From an uncultured Pseudomonadales bacterium (GTDB taxonomy: Bacteria; Patescibacteriota; Microgenomatia; UBA1400; PJMF01), in contig CAYTIA010000002.1 in the NCBI GenBank assembly GCA_964437755.1, positions 34,107-98,106 on the forward strand: a stretch of DNA of 64,000 nt. Direction: 5' to 3'. A model generated the notes under the pieces. That model saw only the letters and a program-made list of their open reading frames with translations. It searched no databases and was not told where the DNA came from. The stretch's first letter is position 1. Each line of letters starts with the position of its first letter. Positions 8,281-18,088 of the stretch are shown here, piece by piece. The translations under genes and the position numbers were made by a program.

Positions 8281-10923
8281 ATGAAATTAACCCAGAATTC
8301 AACCGAAAGCTCTACCTCAAAAACATTTTATAACCACTCTCAAGTCGAAACCCATTGGCAAAAAATGTGGGAAGATCACAAACTTTTTCAGGATCAAATT
8401 AACCAGTTTGTTGCCAAAGAAAATGCGGGAGAGAAACTAGATCCACTTTATTTACTGTTTGCTTTTGCTTATCCCTCTGGTTCAGGGTTACATGTGGGTC
8501 ACGTTGAAAGTAAAACGGCTCTTGATATCTTGGCTCGCTACAACCGCATGAAGGGTAAAGATGTTTTTTTCCCGGTGGGCTGGGACGCTTTTGGTTTGCC
8601 AGCAGAAAACTATGCTATTAAAACTGGTGTGCCTCCGGTTGAAACAACCAAGCAAGCAATTAACACTTTTCGCTCTCAGGTTAAGCGTCTGGGTATTAGT
8701 TACGACTGGAGCGGTGAAGTAGCTACCTGTCATCCAGAATACTACAAGTTTACTCAATGGCTGTTTTTGGAATTGTTTAAAGCAGGCTTGGCTTACAAGA
8801 AAATGGGAATGGTTAACTGGTGTCCTTCTTGTCAAACGGTTTTGGCAAATGAGCAGGTTGTTGATGGCTTGTGTGAGCGTTGTGATAGCGAAGTTGTGCA
8901 AAAAGAGTTGGAGCAGTGGTACTTTCGGATTACTGACTACAAAGATGAGCTAATCAATGGCTTGGAGCAGTTGGATTGGCCAGAACCAACTAAGCAACAA
9001 CAGCTTCACTGGATTGGTAAAAGCAAAGGGGCGGAGGTTGATTTTATGTTGGCGGATGATAGCGAAAACTCAAACAAAACTCTAACTTGTTTTACTACTC
9101 GCATTGATACTATTTTTGGGGTTAGTTTTTTAGTTATCTCTCCCGAAAAATTCAATCAACTTGAGTTGATTCAGCTTGTGGGTGATGATAAGAAAGTCCA
9201 AGTCAAAGAGTATCTAAAGCAAGCATCTAAAAAAACAGAAGAAGAGCGTCGTATTGGTGAAAAAGATAAGACGGGGGTTAATACTGGCTTGAAGGCAACC
9301 AATCCGGTTAATGGTGAACAGGTGCCATTATTTATTGCTGATTATGTTTTGCCTCATGTGGGTACTGGTGTAGTGATGGGGGTGCCGGCTCATGATGAGC
9401 GTGACTGGGCATTTGCAGTTAAGCAGAGTTTAAAGATAGTGCCAGTAGTTGCACCTAAAAATAATCAAGTGATTATTGAGGGGAAAACCGAGCAGTTTAA
9501 TCATCAACAACCTCAGGTTTGCACTAGTGAGTATGGGATTCTGATTAACTCTGAAGAGTATGACGGCTTGAGTTCAAAGGAAGCTCAACAAAAAATTGTG
9601 GTAGATTTTTCTGGAGTTATGAGACCGACTACTACCTACAAATTACGTGATTGGCTGATCTCGCGCCAGCGTTATTGGGGAGCACCAATCCCGATCATTT
9701 ATGACCCAGATGGTGAGGCTCATCCAATAAATGAAAATAATTTACCCTGGTTGTTGCCTATCGATGTTGATTTCAAGCCAACGGGTGAGTCACCACTGGT
9801 TTCAAGCAAAGAGTTTGCCAAACGAGCTAGTGAGTATGCCCTGCGCGAATATGATGAACTGATTAAGCAAAATCAAGAAAATGGTTGGGCTCAAGATGCT
9901 TCTGATTGGCGCCCAGAGTATGACACAATGGATACTTTTGTCGATTCCTCTTGGTACTATTTACGTTATCTAGATGCGCGCAACCAAGAATTATTTGCAC
10001 AAAAAGACAGACTAAATCATTTTATGCCGGTTGATATGTACTTGATTGGTCCAGAGCATATTGTGTTACATCTGCTTTATTCCCGTTTCTTTACCAAGTT
10101 TTTGCGAGATCATGGCTATCTGGATTTATCCAGTGGTGAACCCTTTACCAAGATGCGTCATCAAGGCATGATCTTAGGTCCAGACCACAAAAAGATGAGT
10201 AAGAGCAAAGGCAATGTGATTAGCCCCGATGTAGTGATCAAGAAGTATGGTGCTGACACCTTGCGAGTATATGAGATGTTTATGGGTCCACTAGAGGCGG
10301 ATAAACCTTGGGATGATAGAGCTGTTCAGGGTGTTGCCAGATTTTTGAACAAAATTTACAAATTGTTTATTTTGACCCTCGAGAGAATTGAACAAAACAA
10401 CGTTCAAAAATCAAATGTCAAGCTGGAGCGCAAACTCCATAGCACCATTAAAAAATTGGGCAATGACATTGAACAACTGAAGTTTAATACTGGTATCGCC
10501 AGTTTGATGGAGATGAGTAATGAGTGGCAAAGCTTAATTGAACAAGAAGAGTCTATTTTTTGTAAAGATGATTTGGAAAGAGTTGCTAAGTTATTAGCTC
10601 CGCTGGCTCCATTTTTGGCAGAGGAGTTGTGGGCTAAACTTGGAAATGAGTTTAGCATTCATCAACAATCTTGGTCAAAGTTTGATGAAAAGCTGGCTCA
10701 GGCGGAGACGGTAACTATTCCAGTACAAGTGAACGGTAAGTTAAGAGGAGAGTTGGAGATGGAAACAGACAAGTTGTCGGAAATGACAGCTCAGGATGTT
10801 CTTGATTTAGCCAAAGAGCTGACTTCAGTAAAAAAATGGCTAGTTGATCAAGATGGTAAACTTCTAAGTAGTCTCAAGAAGGAGATTTATATCCCTGGTA
10901 AAATTGTCAGTTTGGTGGTGTAA
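8281..10923 (+). CDS. leuS: Leucyl-tRNA synthetase
   Basis: 880 aa. Class I HIGH motif (HVGHVES), KMSKS motif (KMSKSKGN), conserved N-terminal WQKMW and anticodon-binding region. A possible alternative start ATG lies 3 nt upstream (ATGATG). Confidence 0.95.
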   Translation: MKLTQNSTESSTSKTFYNHSQVETHWQKMWEDHKLFQDQINQFVAKENAGEKLDPLYLLFAFAYPSGSGLHVGHVESKTALDILARYNRMKGKDVFFPVGWDAFGLPAENYAIKTGVPPVETTKQAINTFRSQVKRLGISYDWSGEVATCHPEYYKFTQWLFLELFKAGLAYKKMGMVNWCPSCQTVLANEQVVDGLCERCDSEVVQKELEQWYFRITDYKDELINGLEQLDWPEPTKQQQLHWIGKSKGAEVDFMLADDSENSNKTLTCFTTRIDTIFGVSFLVISPEKFNQLELIQLVGDDKKVQVKEYLKQASKKTEEERRIGEKDKTGVNTGLKATNPVNGEQVPLFIADYVLPHVGTGVVMGVPAHDERDWAFAVKQSLKIVPVVAPKNNQVIIEGKTEQFNHQQPQVCTSEYGILINSEEYDGLSSKEAQQKIVVDFSGVMRPTTTYKLRDWLISRQRYWGAPIPIIYDPDGEAHPINENNLPWLLPIDVDFKPTGESPLVSSKEFAKRASEYALREYDELIKQNQENGWAQDASDWRPEYDTMDTFVDSSWYYLRYLDARNQELFAQKDRLNHFMPVDMYLIGPEHIVLHLLYSRFFTKFLRDHGYLDLSSGEPFTKMRHQGMILGPDHKKMSKSKGNVISPDVVIKKYGADTLRVYEMFMGPLEADKPWDDRAVQGVARFLNKIYKLFILTLERIEQNNVQKSNVKLERKLHSTIKKLGNDIEQLKFNTGIASLMEMSNEWQSLIEQEESIFCKDDLERVAKLLAPLAPFLAEELWAKLGNEFSIHQQSWSKFDEKLAQAETVTIPVQVNGKLRGELEMETDKLSEMTAQDVLDLAKELTSVKKWLVDQDGKLLSSLKKEIYIPGKIVSLVV

Positions 10924-10940
10924 AATCTAACAAAGATAAA

Positions 10941-11189
10941 ATGCAAAAAACAATGTCAATTACTAGTCAAGGTCAAATAACTATTCCTCTTGAGATTCGT
11001 CAAGCTCTTAATATTACTCAAGCCACAAAAGCTTTAGTGCAGTTAGATGGTGAAAAAATTGTGATAACACCACGACTAAGTTTTGAACAACTTGCTGGTA
11101 GCTTAGCCTCGAATATTAAGTTGTCAGATGACCAATTAAGAAAAGCAAGAAGATCATTTGAAAGTGATTGGGCTAAAGATGAAAAATGA
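10941..11189 (+). CDS. AbrB/MazE (SpoVT-AbrB fold) antitoxin, VapB-like
   Basis: 82 aa. GQITIPLEIRQALNI..DGEKIVITP matches the swapped-hairpin AbrB/MazE DNA-binding motif. 11-nt overlap with the downstream PIN gene. Confidence 0.75.
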   Translation: MQKTMSITSQGQITIPLEIRQALNITQATKALVQLDGEKIVITPRLSFEQLAGSLASNIKLSDDQLRKARRSFESDWAKDEK

Positions 11190-11580
11190 TAATCTTTTTT
11201 TTCTGGATACAAATGTGATTATTCGTTTTTTGGTAAAGGATCACATTGAGCATTTTGAACAAGCCAAAATTTGGTTTAACCAAGCAAAAGAAGGGAAGAT
11301 AAAAATGATAATAGTACCGATAGTGGTGGCTGAATGTTGTTATCTACTTGAATCATTTTATAAAGTTCCTAAAGAATCTATTGCCCAAAAGATGCAAGTT
11401 TTGTTAAGTCAGCGCTGGATCCAAGTTGAGAATAGAAAAGAAATAAATAACCTCTGGCAGCATTATCTTAAAGGATTGCATTTTGTGGATAGTTTTTTAT
11501 TGAGTTCTTCTCTTATTAATCAAGCAAAGGTGCTGAGTTTTGATAAAAAGATTGTAAAACATTGTTTACAGCTGAATTGA
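11179..11580 (+). CDS. vapC: PIN-domain ribonuclease toxin (VapC)
   Basis: ORF track starts at TTG 11158; the likely start is ATG 11179 (MKNDNLFFLDTNVII). The four PIN acidic residues are present (LDTNV, VAEC, FVDSF, SFDKK). Confidence 0.8.
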   Translation: MKNDNLFFLDTNVIIRFLVKDHIEHFEQAKIWFNQAKEGKIKMIIVPIVVAECCYLLESFYKVPKESIAQKMQVLLSQRWIQVENRKEINNLWQHYLKGLHFVDSFLLSSSLINQAKVLSFDKKIVKHCLQLN

Positions 11581-11777
11581 GTAATCTTCCAGGTTTCCAA
11601 ATTATTGTGATATTTTGATATATTTTATTGTTCAATAACTAGAAAATAGTTTAATAAATAGATATTTTTTACTTTGCAAAGCAGGGCAAAAAAATATCAA
11701 AATTTGAACACATTTAGTTAACAAAAATACAAAATGATCAGCCTGCCTAGCTCATCAGCTTCCCGCCGCATAAAAAG

Positions 11778-12182
11778 ATGGATGATCTGGACAAAAAAGT
11801 GGTTGGTGAGCAAGGTGTCTTCCAGATACGGTCTTTTTGCAATTTTGCAAAAAAGTGGGCAAATAACTTAAAACATAGCTTTGTTAAAAAATGGGTGGGT
11901 TTTTGCAAGCAGATAACCAGACTTTTAAAATCATTACTTACTCCCTCACGTTCTAAGATTCATACACACACGGTGGCATTATCGGTAGGAGCATTGATGT
12001 TTGTGGCAGGAACTTATTATGGTATAGCTCATTACTTGATTCCGGCTATTCGCGCTTCTTTTGAGTCTACTCATCAAATGCCCTATGACTCACAGTTACC
12101 AGACGGTAACTCTACCGCTTTTAATCGAGGGACGCTTGGAGAACTGGCTGTAACTAATTTTGGAAAAGCTCGGTTTTTTTGA
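11778..12182 (+). CDS. Hypothetical small membrane protein
   Basis: 134-aa ORF with one hydrophobic segment. No homology recognised. Confidence 0.3.
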   Translation: MDDLDKKVVGEQGVFQIRSFCNFAKKWANNLKHSFVKKWVGFCKQITRLLKSLLTPSRSKIHTHTVALSVGALMFVAGTYYGIAHYLIPAIRASFESTHQMPYDSQLPDGNSTAFNRGTLGELAVTNFGKARFF

Positions 12183-12224
12183 CATAATTTGCTCTCTTTA
12201 TAGAAAAATACTATAATACGCCAT

Positions 12225-13505
12225 ATGAAAACTAAAACTCTTCGCATTCTAACATCAGCCTTTTCTCTATCAGCTTTGGTTTTTGGATACCTAACTTTTT
12301 CAAATAATGATATTGTTAATGTTCATGGCTCAGACAGCTGTCTTTATGACATAACTGGCTATGTTACTCAAACGGGTTCACTTAGAGCTGGCTATGCTAA
12401 CTGCAATGGAAATTCTTGGTGTATTAAATTAGATGGAATTCCGGCAGAGTATAACAACTCTGGTTGTTATGTTGCCGAACTTTATACCGATCCAATTCAA
12501 TCGTGCGGAAACCAAGAAACTCACCTTAGAAAAAGAGTGAGTATTACCAATGGTGGTGAAATTTGTTTTGATAGTGCCGATTGGGGAACAGACTGCCGAG
12601 CTCAACTTGATATTCGCCGAGATATATCGGGTGCTCCTGCTGGAAATGTGAAAACTTATCTAATTGAGTGTGGCCAAAAGCCATCTCCAACACCAACGAG
12701 AACTCCAACCCCGACATTTACACCAACGCCCACTCTAACTCCAACTGCGACTCCTACAAGTACTCCAGGTCCTACCTCAACACCAACACCAACATCTACG
12801 CCTAGACCAACCATTCCAACTCATTATAGTTCATGTGATAGTTTGAGAGTGGTAAGTGGGAATAACTCTCTAGTTCCTGCAAAAATAACTTTTGAAACGA
12901 GAGCCAGTGATTCCGATGGAGATATTCAGTTATATAGATATTATTTTGGAGATGGAAAATCCCTTGAAACTACACAAAATGTTGTAGAACACACATACGA
13001 AGTATCTGGAACCTTTTATGCAAGAGTATTTATTAAGGATTCAAAAGGTAACTGGAAAACAAGTCAGGCTTGTACAACTAATTTAAAGGTTGAGTCAGCT
13101 CCGATTGAAACTCATAAGTCGGGTTGTAGCGATCTTTTTATTCTATCAGGTCAACACAATCAAGCTCCTACAGATGCCACTTTCCAAGTAACTGGTTTTG
13201 ATAACAAAGGAACAATTCAGCGTTACCGATTAGTTTACAGCACTAATGAACAACAAGAGCAAAGCTCAAATTTTTTCACTAAACATTTTTCTCAGCCAGG
13301 CTCGTATGAGATTAGGGCATATATTCAAGACTCTCAAGGAAACTGGAAGGGTGGAGATGGAAGCTGTCGCAAAACTCTTTACGTTAACACCAAGCCAATT
13401 GTGGTCCAACCAAAAACAGGAACTCCACTAATGGTAACACTAGGCAGTATCGGTTCTGGTGTGCTAGGATTAGGCTTAAGAACAATTAAGAAGCGTTGGT
13501 TTTAG
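12225..13505 (+). CDS. Surface protein with Cys-rich N-domain, Pro/Thr linker, two PKD domains and a C-terminal sortase sorting signal (QPKTG plus hydrophobic stretch plus basic tail)
   Basis: Signal peptide. PT-repeat linker (PSPTPTRTPTPTFTPTPTLTPTATPTSTPGPTSTPTPTSTPRPT). Two repeats matching the PKD pattern (YRYYFGDGKS...HTYEVSGTFYARVFIKDSKGNW; RYRLVYSTNEQ..SYEIRAYIQDSQGNW). C-terminus VQPKTGTPLMVTLGSIGSGVLGLGLRTIKKRWF. Sortase gene is immediately downstream. Confidence 0.7.
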   Translation: MKTKTLRILTSAFSLSALVFGYLTFSNNDIVNVHGSDSCLYDITGYVTQTGSLRAGYANCNGNSWCIKLDGIPAEYNNSGCYVAELYTDPIQSCGNQETHLRKRVSITNGGEICFDSADWGTDCRAQLDIRRDISGAPAGNVKTYLIECGQKPSPTPTRTPTPTFTPTPTLTPTATPTSTPGPTSTPTPTSTPRPTIPTHYSSCDSLRVVSGNNSLVPAKITFETRASDSDGDIQLYRYYFGDGKSLETTQNVVEHTYEVSGTFYARVFIKDSKGNWKTSQACTTNLKVESAPIETHKSGCSDLFILSGQHNQAPTDATFQVTGFDNKGTIQRYRLVYSTNEQQEQSSNFFTKHFSQPGSYEIRAYIQDSQGNWKGGDGSCRKTLYVNTKPIVVQPKTGTPLMVTLGSIGSGVLGLGLRTIKKRWF

Positions 13506-13533
13506 TCATTCTTAATGATCCTTCATTAACTCT

Positions 13534-14199
13534 ATGAAAATTGCCTGGCCAAAAGCAAAGAGGCTAATCTCTTTATATTTATTACCGTTTTTAATCTTTC
13601 TTCTTTTTCTAATCTTCATTAGATGGGTTGTAACTACCGTTGTTCCTGTTGCTTTGGTTGAGGTTAAGTATCAATATCATCACACTCTCACCACAGTGTT
13701 TAATGTTCCCGACCTGAAATCGCTAATTATTCCGGATTTTAGCTGGATGACGTGGGAAGGGCATAGCAAGCATCAAGAATATGGAATCAGAATCCCAGCG
13801 ATTTTTTTGGACGAACCCGTTATTTTTAATGTAGACCCCAATGATTCAGGTCAGTATAAACAAGCTCTAAAAGAAGGTATTGCCCATGCCTCAAGTACTT
13901 CATTTCCTGATAATGCTGGACTTGGTTACTATTTTGCTCATTCCTCAATCGGAGAGGTTAATTTAAGAAACAACGCCATTTTTTATCTTTTGGGCAAGTT
14001 GGTAGAAGGTGACAAAATATTTATTTGGCATCATGGCGAGAAGTTCGAGTACGAGGTATATGGGCAACTGATAGTTGAACCAAATGATGTGGAGTTTTTG
14101 TATCAAGAGTATGATGGAGAAAAGATAGTTCTTCAAACTTGTTGGCCCCCTGGTAGTGACAGACAAAGATTGCTAGTTTTTGCTCAAAGAACAAAATAG
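13534..14199 (+). CDS. Sortase family transpeptidase
   Basis: 221 aa. N-terminal TM. Conserved sortase elements: IRIPAIFLDEPV strand, catalytic His region (GIAHASSTSFPDNAGLGYYFAHSS), catalytic Cys in LQTCWP and Arg in DRQRLLVFA. Confidence 0.75.
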   Translation: MKIAWPKAKRLISLYLLPFLIFLLFLIFIRWVVTTVVPVALVEVKYQYHHTLTTVFNVPDLKSLIIPDFSWMTWEGHSKHQEYGIRIPAIFLDEPVIFNVDPNDSGQYKQALKEGIAHASSTSFPDNAGLGYYFAHSSIGEVNLRNNAIFYLLGKLVEGDKIFIWHHGEKFEYEVYGQLIVEPNDVEFLYQEYDGEKIVLQTCWPPGSDRQRLLVFAQRTK

Positions 14200-14245
14200 A
14201 GCATAACAATGGTTTCTTTTCAGTTTCTTTATTTATCTTAGGGTA

Positions 14246-14995
14246 ATGTCCCTAATAGATTCAATTTCCAAACAAAAGAGTACAAATAGTCAAAAATGGC
14301 GAACACTAGTTGCCGTCATATTTTTTTTATGTGGTGTTTGTGCAGTACTGCTAGGATCACATCATTTATCGAGTGTAATTGAAGTCCCAAATTGTATAAA
14401 TTTTGTAGATGAACAACTTGAAGAAAATATAGTTCAAACTAGAAATGAAAACGAAGTTGATCAAATTGTTAATAGCTTTGGAAAAATTCAAGTTGAGATA
14501 CAGGGAGCGGTGAAAAATCCAGGAGCTTATTGGTTAAAGTCTGATACAAGGTTAGGGGAATTAATAGAGGTAGCAGGAGGATTAACAGAAAATGCCGATC
14601 AAGAATATTTTAAAAAACATTTAAATATGTCTCAAAAACTATCTGATGAGCAAAAAATAACCATTCCTACCAAAGAAAGTAAAGAACTAGCTGAGTTGCT
14701 TAGGGATTACTGTGTCAACTTAAAACAGATAGAGGAAAATGTGAAGATTGAAAACGATGCCCAAGACAATCAAAGTGAAACAGAAGAAGCTGGAATAGAA
14801 ACCAGCAGTAATCAAAACTGTATATCCATTAATTATGCTAGTAGCACCGATCTGCAAAAATTAACTGGAGTGGGAGAAAAAACTGCAGAACTAATAATTG
14901 AGAGCAGACCGTACTCAAAAGTGTCTGAGTTGTTAAATGTGAAAGGGATTGGAGAGGCGACACTGGAAAAAATAGAGAAAGAGATTTGTTTATAA
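14246..14995 (+). CDS. comEA: Competence protein ComEA (SLBB domain plus helix-hairpin-helix DNA-binding domain)
   Basis: N-terminal TM. SLBB-like segment (IQVEIQGAVKNPGAYWLKSDTRLGELIEVAGGL). C-terminal tandem HhH (ASSTDLQKLTGVGEKTAELIIESRPYSKVSELLNVKGIGEATLEKI). Confidence 0.8.
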   Translation: MSLIDSISKQKSTNSQKWRTLVAVIFFLCGVCAVLLGSHHLSSVIEVPNCINFVDEQLEENIVQTRNENEVDQIVNSFGKIQVEIQGAVKNPGAYWLKSDTRLGELIEVAGGLTENADQEYFKKHLNMSQKLSDEQKITIPTKESKELAELLRDYCVNLKQIEENVKIENDAQDNQSETEEAGIETSSNQNCISINYASSTDLQKLTGVGEKTAELIIESRPYSKVSELLNVKGIGEATLEKIEKEICL

Positions 14996-15309
14996 AAAAA
15001 GTTATGGGTTGTAATTATAGGTCGAACTAGACAAAGTAAATTGGCATTTGAAGTAAACAAATTAATGCACAGAAGAGGTAAAAAATCAAAAAATATGTTG
15101 TCATTTCTAACAAAACAATATAAACATATAGAAATATAGCGGTAGAAAGATAGACAAACTATTAACGCAGATATCATCTTTAGTATATATAAATATATTA
15201 AGATATGTTTATAGTTAGGCAAAATATACGAGTAATATATCTCTACCGAAGCTAAATAATCAGGTTGTCTAAAATGTACTATTAATTCACTTGTTAACAG
15301 ATTACTCGA

Positions 15310-16527
15310 GTGATTGATAAAATATTATTTAACATTTTTTATAGAATTTTTATTGGAATTATGCGAAATTTCTATAAATTAGCACTCTCACTAGTACCTC
15401 TGCTAATCATTTTTTTGCTCGTTATTTGTCAATGCAATCAAACAATCTTTGCTTTTATCATTATTAAAGCTTCGTTAAATAATTGGTATGACTTTTTTAG
15501 TAGTAAAGCTTTGTCTGTTATCAGCTACTTGACAAGGAGTGGTGAGTCTGCAGTTGGTAGATTGGGAGCTCAAATCGCCATAGGGTCAGTTTTTGGTGTA
15601 CAAATTGGACAAAACAGCTCATTAAGTCTTAAATTAAAAACTATTGGGATGTCACACTTATGGTCAGCTTCAGGTTTGAGTCTTTATTTGTTTATTCAGG
15701 TGATCAACTCTTTTTTGTCCTTGTTTAGCTACGTTTCTTTTAATAAAAAGACGTTTTTATCTATTCTCAGCTTGTTGTTCTTCTGGTGCGTCGGTCCAAA
15801 ATCTGCTTCTTTGCAAAGATCGTTTCTTTCGATTCTATTATTCTTACTTTTTTCTAAATATTTTGGTTTTCAATTATCTAAATTACGTTTATTGGTCTAC
15901 ATTTTAATCATTATTATTTTGCTTCAACCAACACTTATTAATTCTCTTTCCTTGTGGTTTTCTGTAGGAGCTGTTTTTGGAGTGATTTGTCTCAATTCAT
16001 TTTTATCTAGTTTATTTAAAATGGACCAAACCACTTTCTTTTCTAATTCTTCATTTTTGTCAAAAATTCTTTTTCGAATTAAAAAAATGCTACGTGTATT
16101 TTTTAAAAATGTTGTTTTATTTTTATCTTTACAACTGGGAATGCTCCCCTTAATATCTTTAACTTGGGGGGAGATTAGTTTAATGAGTCTTTTACTAAAT
16201 ATTTTAATGGCTGGAGTAGCGCCAAATGTTTTTTATTTAGGCTTGATTTGGTGTGTCTGGATTGTTTTTTACATTCTTTGGCTACGCTCCTTTGCTTTTG
16301 CAAAGGTACTTTCTTCACTATTAATGTTTCCTCTCGAGTGGCTTTTCGAGATATCTGATCAATTTGTACAAATTGATCAGATGGCGTTAAGAATTCCTGA
16401 ATTTTCAACTATAGCAACAATTGCTTGGTACACAGCAATATTCTTAATCAATCAGTTTTTTGTTTATAGGCGAAAAACTGAGATTTCTGCCCAATATACT
16501 TTAAATAATATTTTTTCTTTTTGGTGA
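15310..16527 (+). CDS. comEC: ComEC/Rec2 N-terminal membrane channel portion, ending in an in-frame TGA
   Basis: 405 aa and highly polytopic, matching the ComEC competence/DUF4131 region. Terminates at TGA 16525-16527. The downstream MBL-domain ORF is in the same frame. Confidence 0.7.
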   Translation: MIDKILFNIFYRIFIGIMRNFYKLALSLVPLLIIFLLVICQCNQTIFAFIIIKASLNNWYDFFSSKALSVISYLTRSGESAVGRLGAQIAIGSVFGVQIGQNSSLSLKLKTIGMSHLWSASGLSLYLFIQVINSFLSLFSYVSFNKKTFLSILSLLFFWCVGPKSASLQRSFLSILLFLLFSKYFGFQLSKLRLLVYILIIIILLQPTLINSLSLWFSVGAVFGVICLNSFLSSLFKMDQTTFFSNSSFLSKILFRIKKMLRVFFKNVVLFLSLQLGMLPLISLTWGEISLMSLLLNILMAGVAPNVFYLGLIWCVWIVFYILWLRSFAFAKVLSSLLMFPLEWLFEISDQFVQIDQMALRIPEFSTIATIAWYTAIFLINQFFVYRRKTEISAQYTLNNIFSFW

Positions 16528-16530
16528 ATC

Positions 16531-17448
16531 TTGATGTTCAAACAAGTAATTCTTATATGTACTATATTCACTTTAGGACTATGTATCCAACTTCTTAGGC
16601 TTTGGCCATCAAAAAACTTAGAGTTAGTTTTTTGCGATGTTGGTCAAGGTGATGCGATATTGATCAAGTATGGGTTTTGGCAGATGCTAATTGATACTGG
16701 ACCAAATGATCAAGTACTAGAGTGTCTTCGACAAAATATGTCATTTTGGGATAAAACTCTTGAGGTTATTCTAATTACTCACACTGATGCTGATCACATT
16801 GGCGGATTTGCAAGCGTGCTATCAAATTATCAAACAAACGATATCTTTTTAGCTGACACAGGAACCAGTACAAGCTACAAAAACATGCTTAATGAGCTTC
16901 TTGCTGAGAAGTTTAGATATACTCAGATTAAAACCGCTTTTTTAGGCCAAATGATTGCTTTTTCCCCTGGTGGACAACTGTTATTTTTGGGACCAGACGA
17001 AGGACAGTTGCCACCAATAAATGCCAGCGCAAACAAATTTTCCGAAACCTTATTATCGGACGTAACGCTACTAGAATCTAAGAATAATGATGATCCAAAT
17101 GAACGATCAATTATCTTGTTATTAAAATATATTGATTTTGAGTTTCTGCTAATGGGAGATGCATCTTCTAAAAATGAGTTAGCACTTGTGAAAAGAGGAC
17201 TGATTGAAAAGGTAGAGGGTATAAAAGTGGGGCATCATGGGTCAAATACTAGTACGCACGTTGACTTGATTGAACAATCTCAACCCGAAATAGCCGTGAT
17301 TAGCTGCGGCTACAACAACAAGTTTGGTCACCCTTCTCTTGATGTGATTAAGATATTAAATCAAAATCAAGTAAAAATACTTAGAACTGATGAGCTTGGA
17401 ACAATTAAGCTCATTACCGATGGAACTGCATACTGGATTGTTGATTAA
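16531..17448 (+). CDS. comEC: ComEC C-terminal metallo-beta-lactamase domain, separate ORF in the same frame as the N-terminal part
   Basis: VFCDVGQGDAILIKYGFWQMLIDTGPND and HTDADHIGG metal-binding motifs typical of the ComEC MBL nuclease domain. ATG at 16534 is preceded by GGTGA (SD-like, embedding the TGA). Confidence 0.7.
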   Translation: MMFKQVILICTIFTLGLCIQLLRLWPSKNLELVFCDVGQGDAILIKYGFWQMLIDTGPNDQVLECLRQNMSFWDKTLEVILITHTDADHIGGFASVLSNYQTNDIFLADTGTSTSYKNMLNELLAEKFRYTQIKTAFLGQMIAFSPGGQLLFLGPDEGQLPPINASANKFSETLLSDVTLLESKNNDDPNERSIILLLKYIDFEFLLMGDASSKNELALVKRGLIEKVEGIKVGHHGSNTSTHVDLIEQSQPEIAVISCGYNNKFGHPSLDVIKILNQNQVKILRTDELGTIKLITDGTAYWIVD

Positions 17449-18088
17449 TTAATTATTTTGCGAAGTGAATAATAGCAGAATAAGAAGATGGGCGAGGATT
17501 GAAAAGTTTGTGTTTTAAAAAAACTAATCAATTATTAAAAATTGAGGTTTAAAAAATTCACCGTGAATTAATTTGTACAAAATCCGAAATATTGTTGTCG
17601 CAACTAAAATAATTAATGCGACAAAAATGTTCCACTGGTTGTTAAAGGGCTTAACAAATAATATGACACACAATTTTTTGATTGACAAGTATCAATTATT
17701 TATACTATGTATTTTTAACGAAAAGTGTATTTATATCTAGTTAAAATGTGTTCAATAATAATTATTTTTCTAGGAGTGTTTTAGTCATCGCGCTCTAAAT
17801 ATTCTCTTCTACAAAACTATTATTTTGAATATAGGCGTTCTTCGGTTATTGTTTACTAGCTACTTTCCAGGCTAACAATTATTTTTTGTATCATCGATTT
17901 GATAAATATAATTGTTATTTAGCTTATTGAATAATAACATACCTCTGGTGATGAATGAATGTTGTTAACTTTCATCATCTCAATAGAACAATAAATGTAT
18001 ACAAATTATTCGGGTTTATTTTTGATTTTAGATAAATACAATATATTGTATATTTTAAGAAAATCCATGTGTTAAAATATTAAGATAG

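Noticed and set aside
16525-16527. Alternative genetic code (UGA read as Gly, as in Gracilibacteria/SR1) explaining the in-frame TGA in comEC
   Set aside because: Long conserved genes (leuS, thrS, murD, the 1639-aa ORF) contain no internal TGA at all. Several genes terminate at TGA, including an ATGA start/stop overlap at 7377-7380. The standard code fits.
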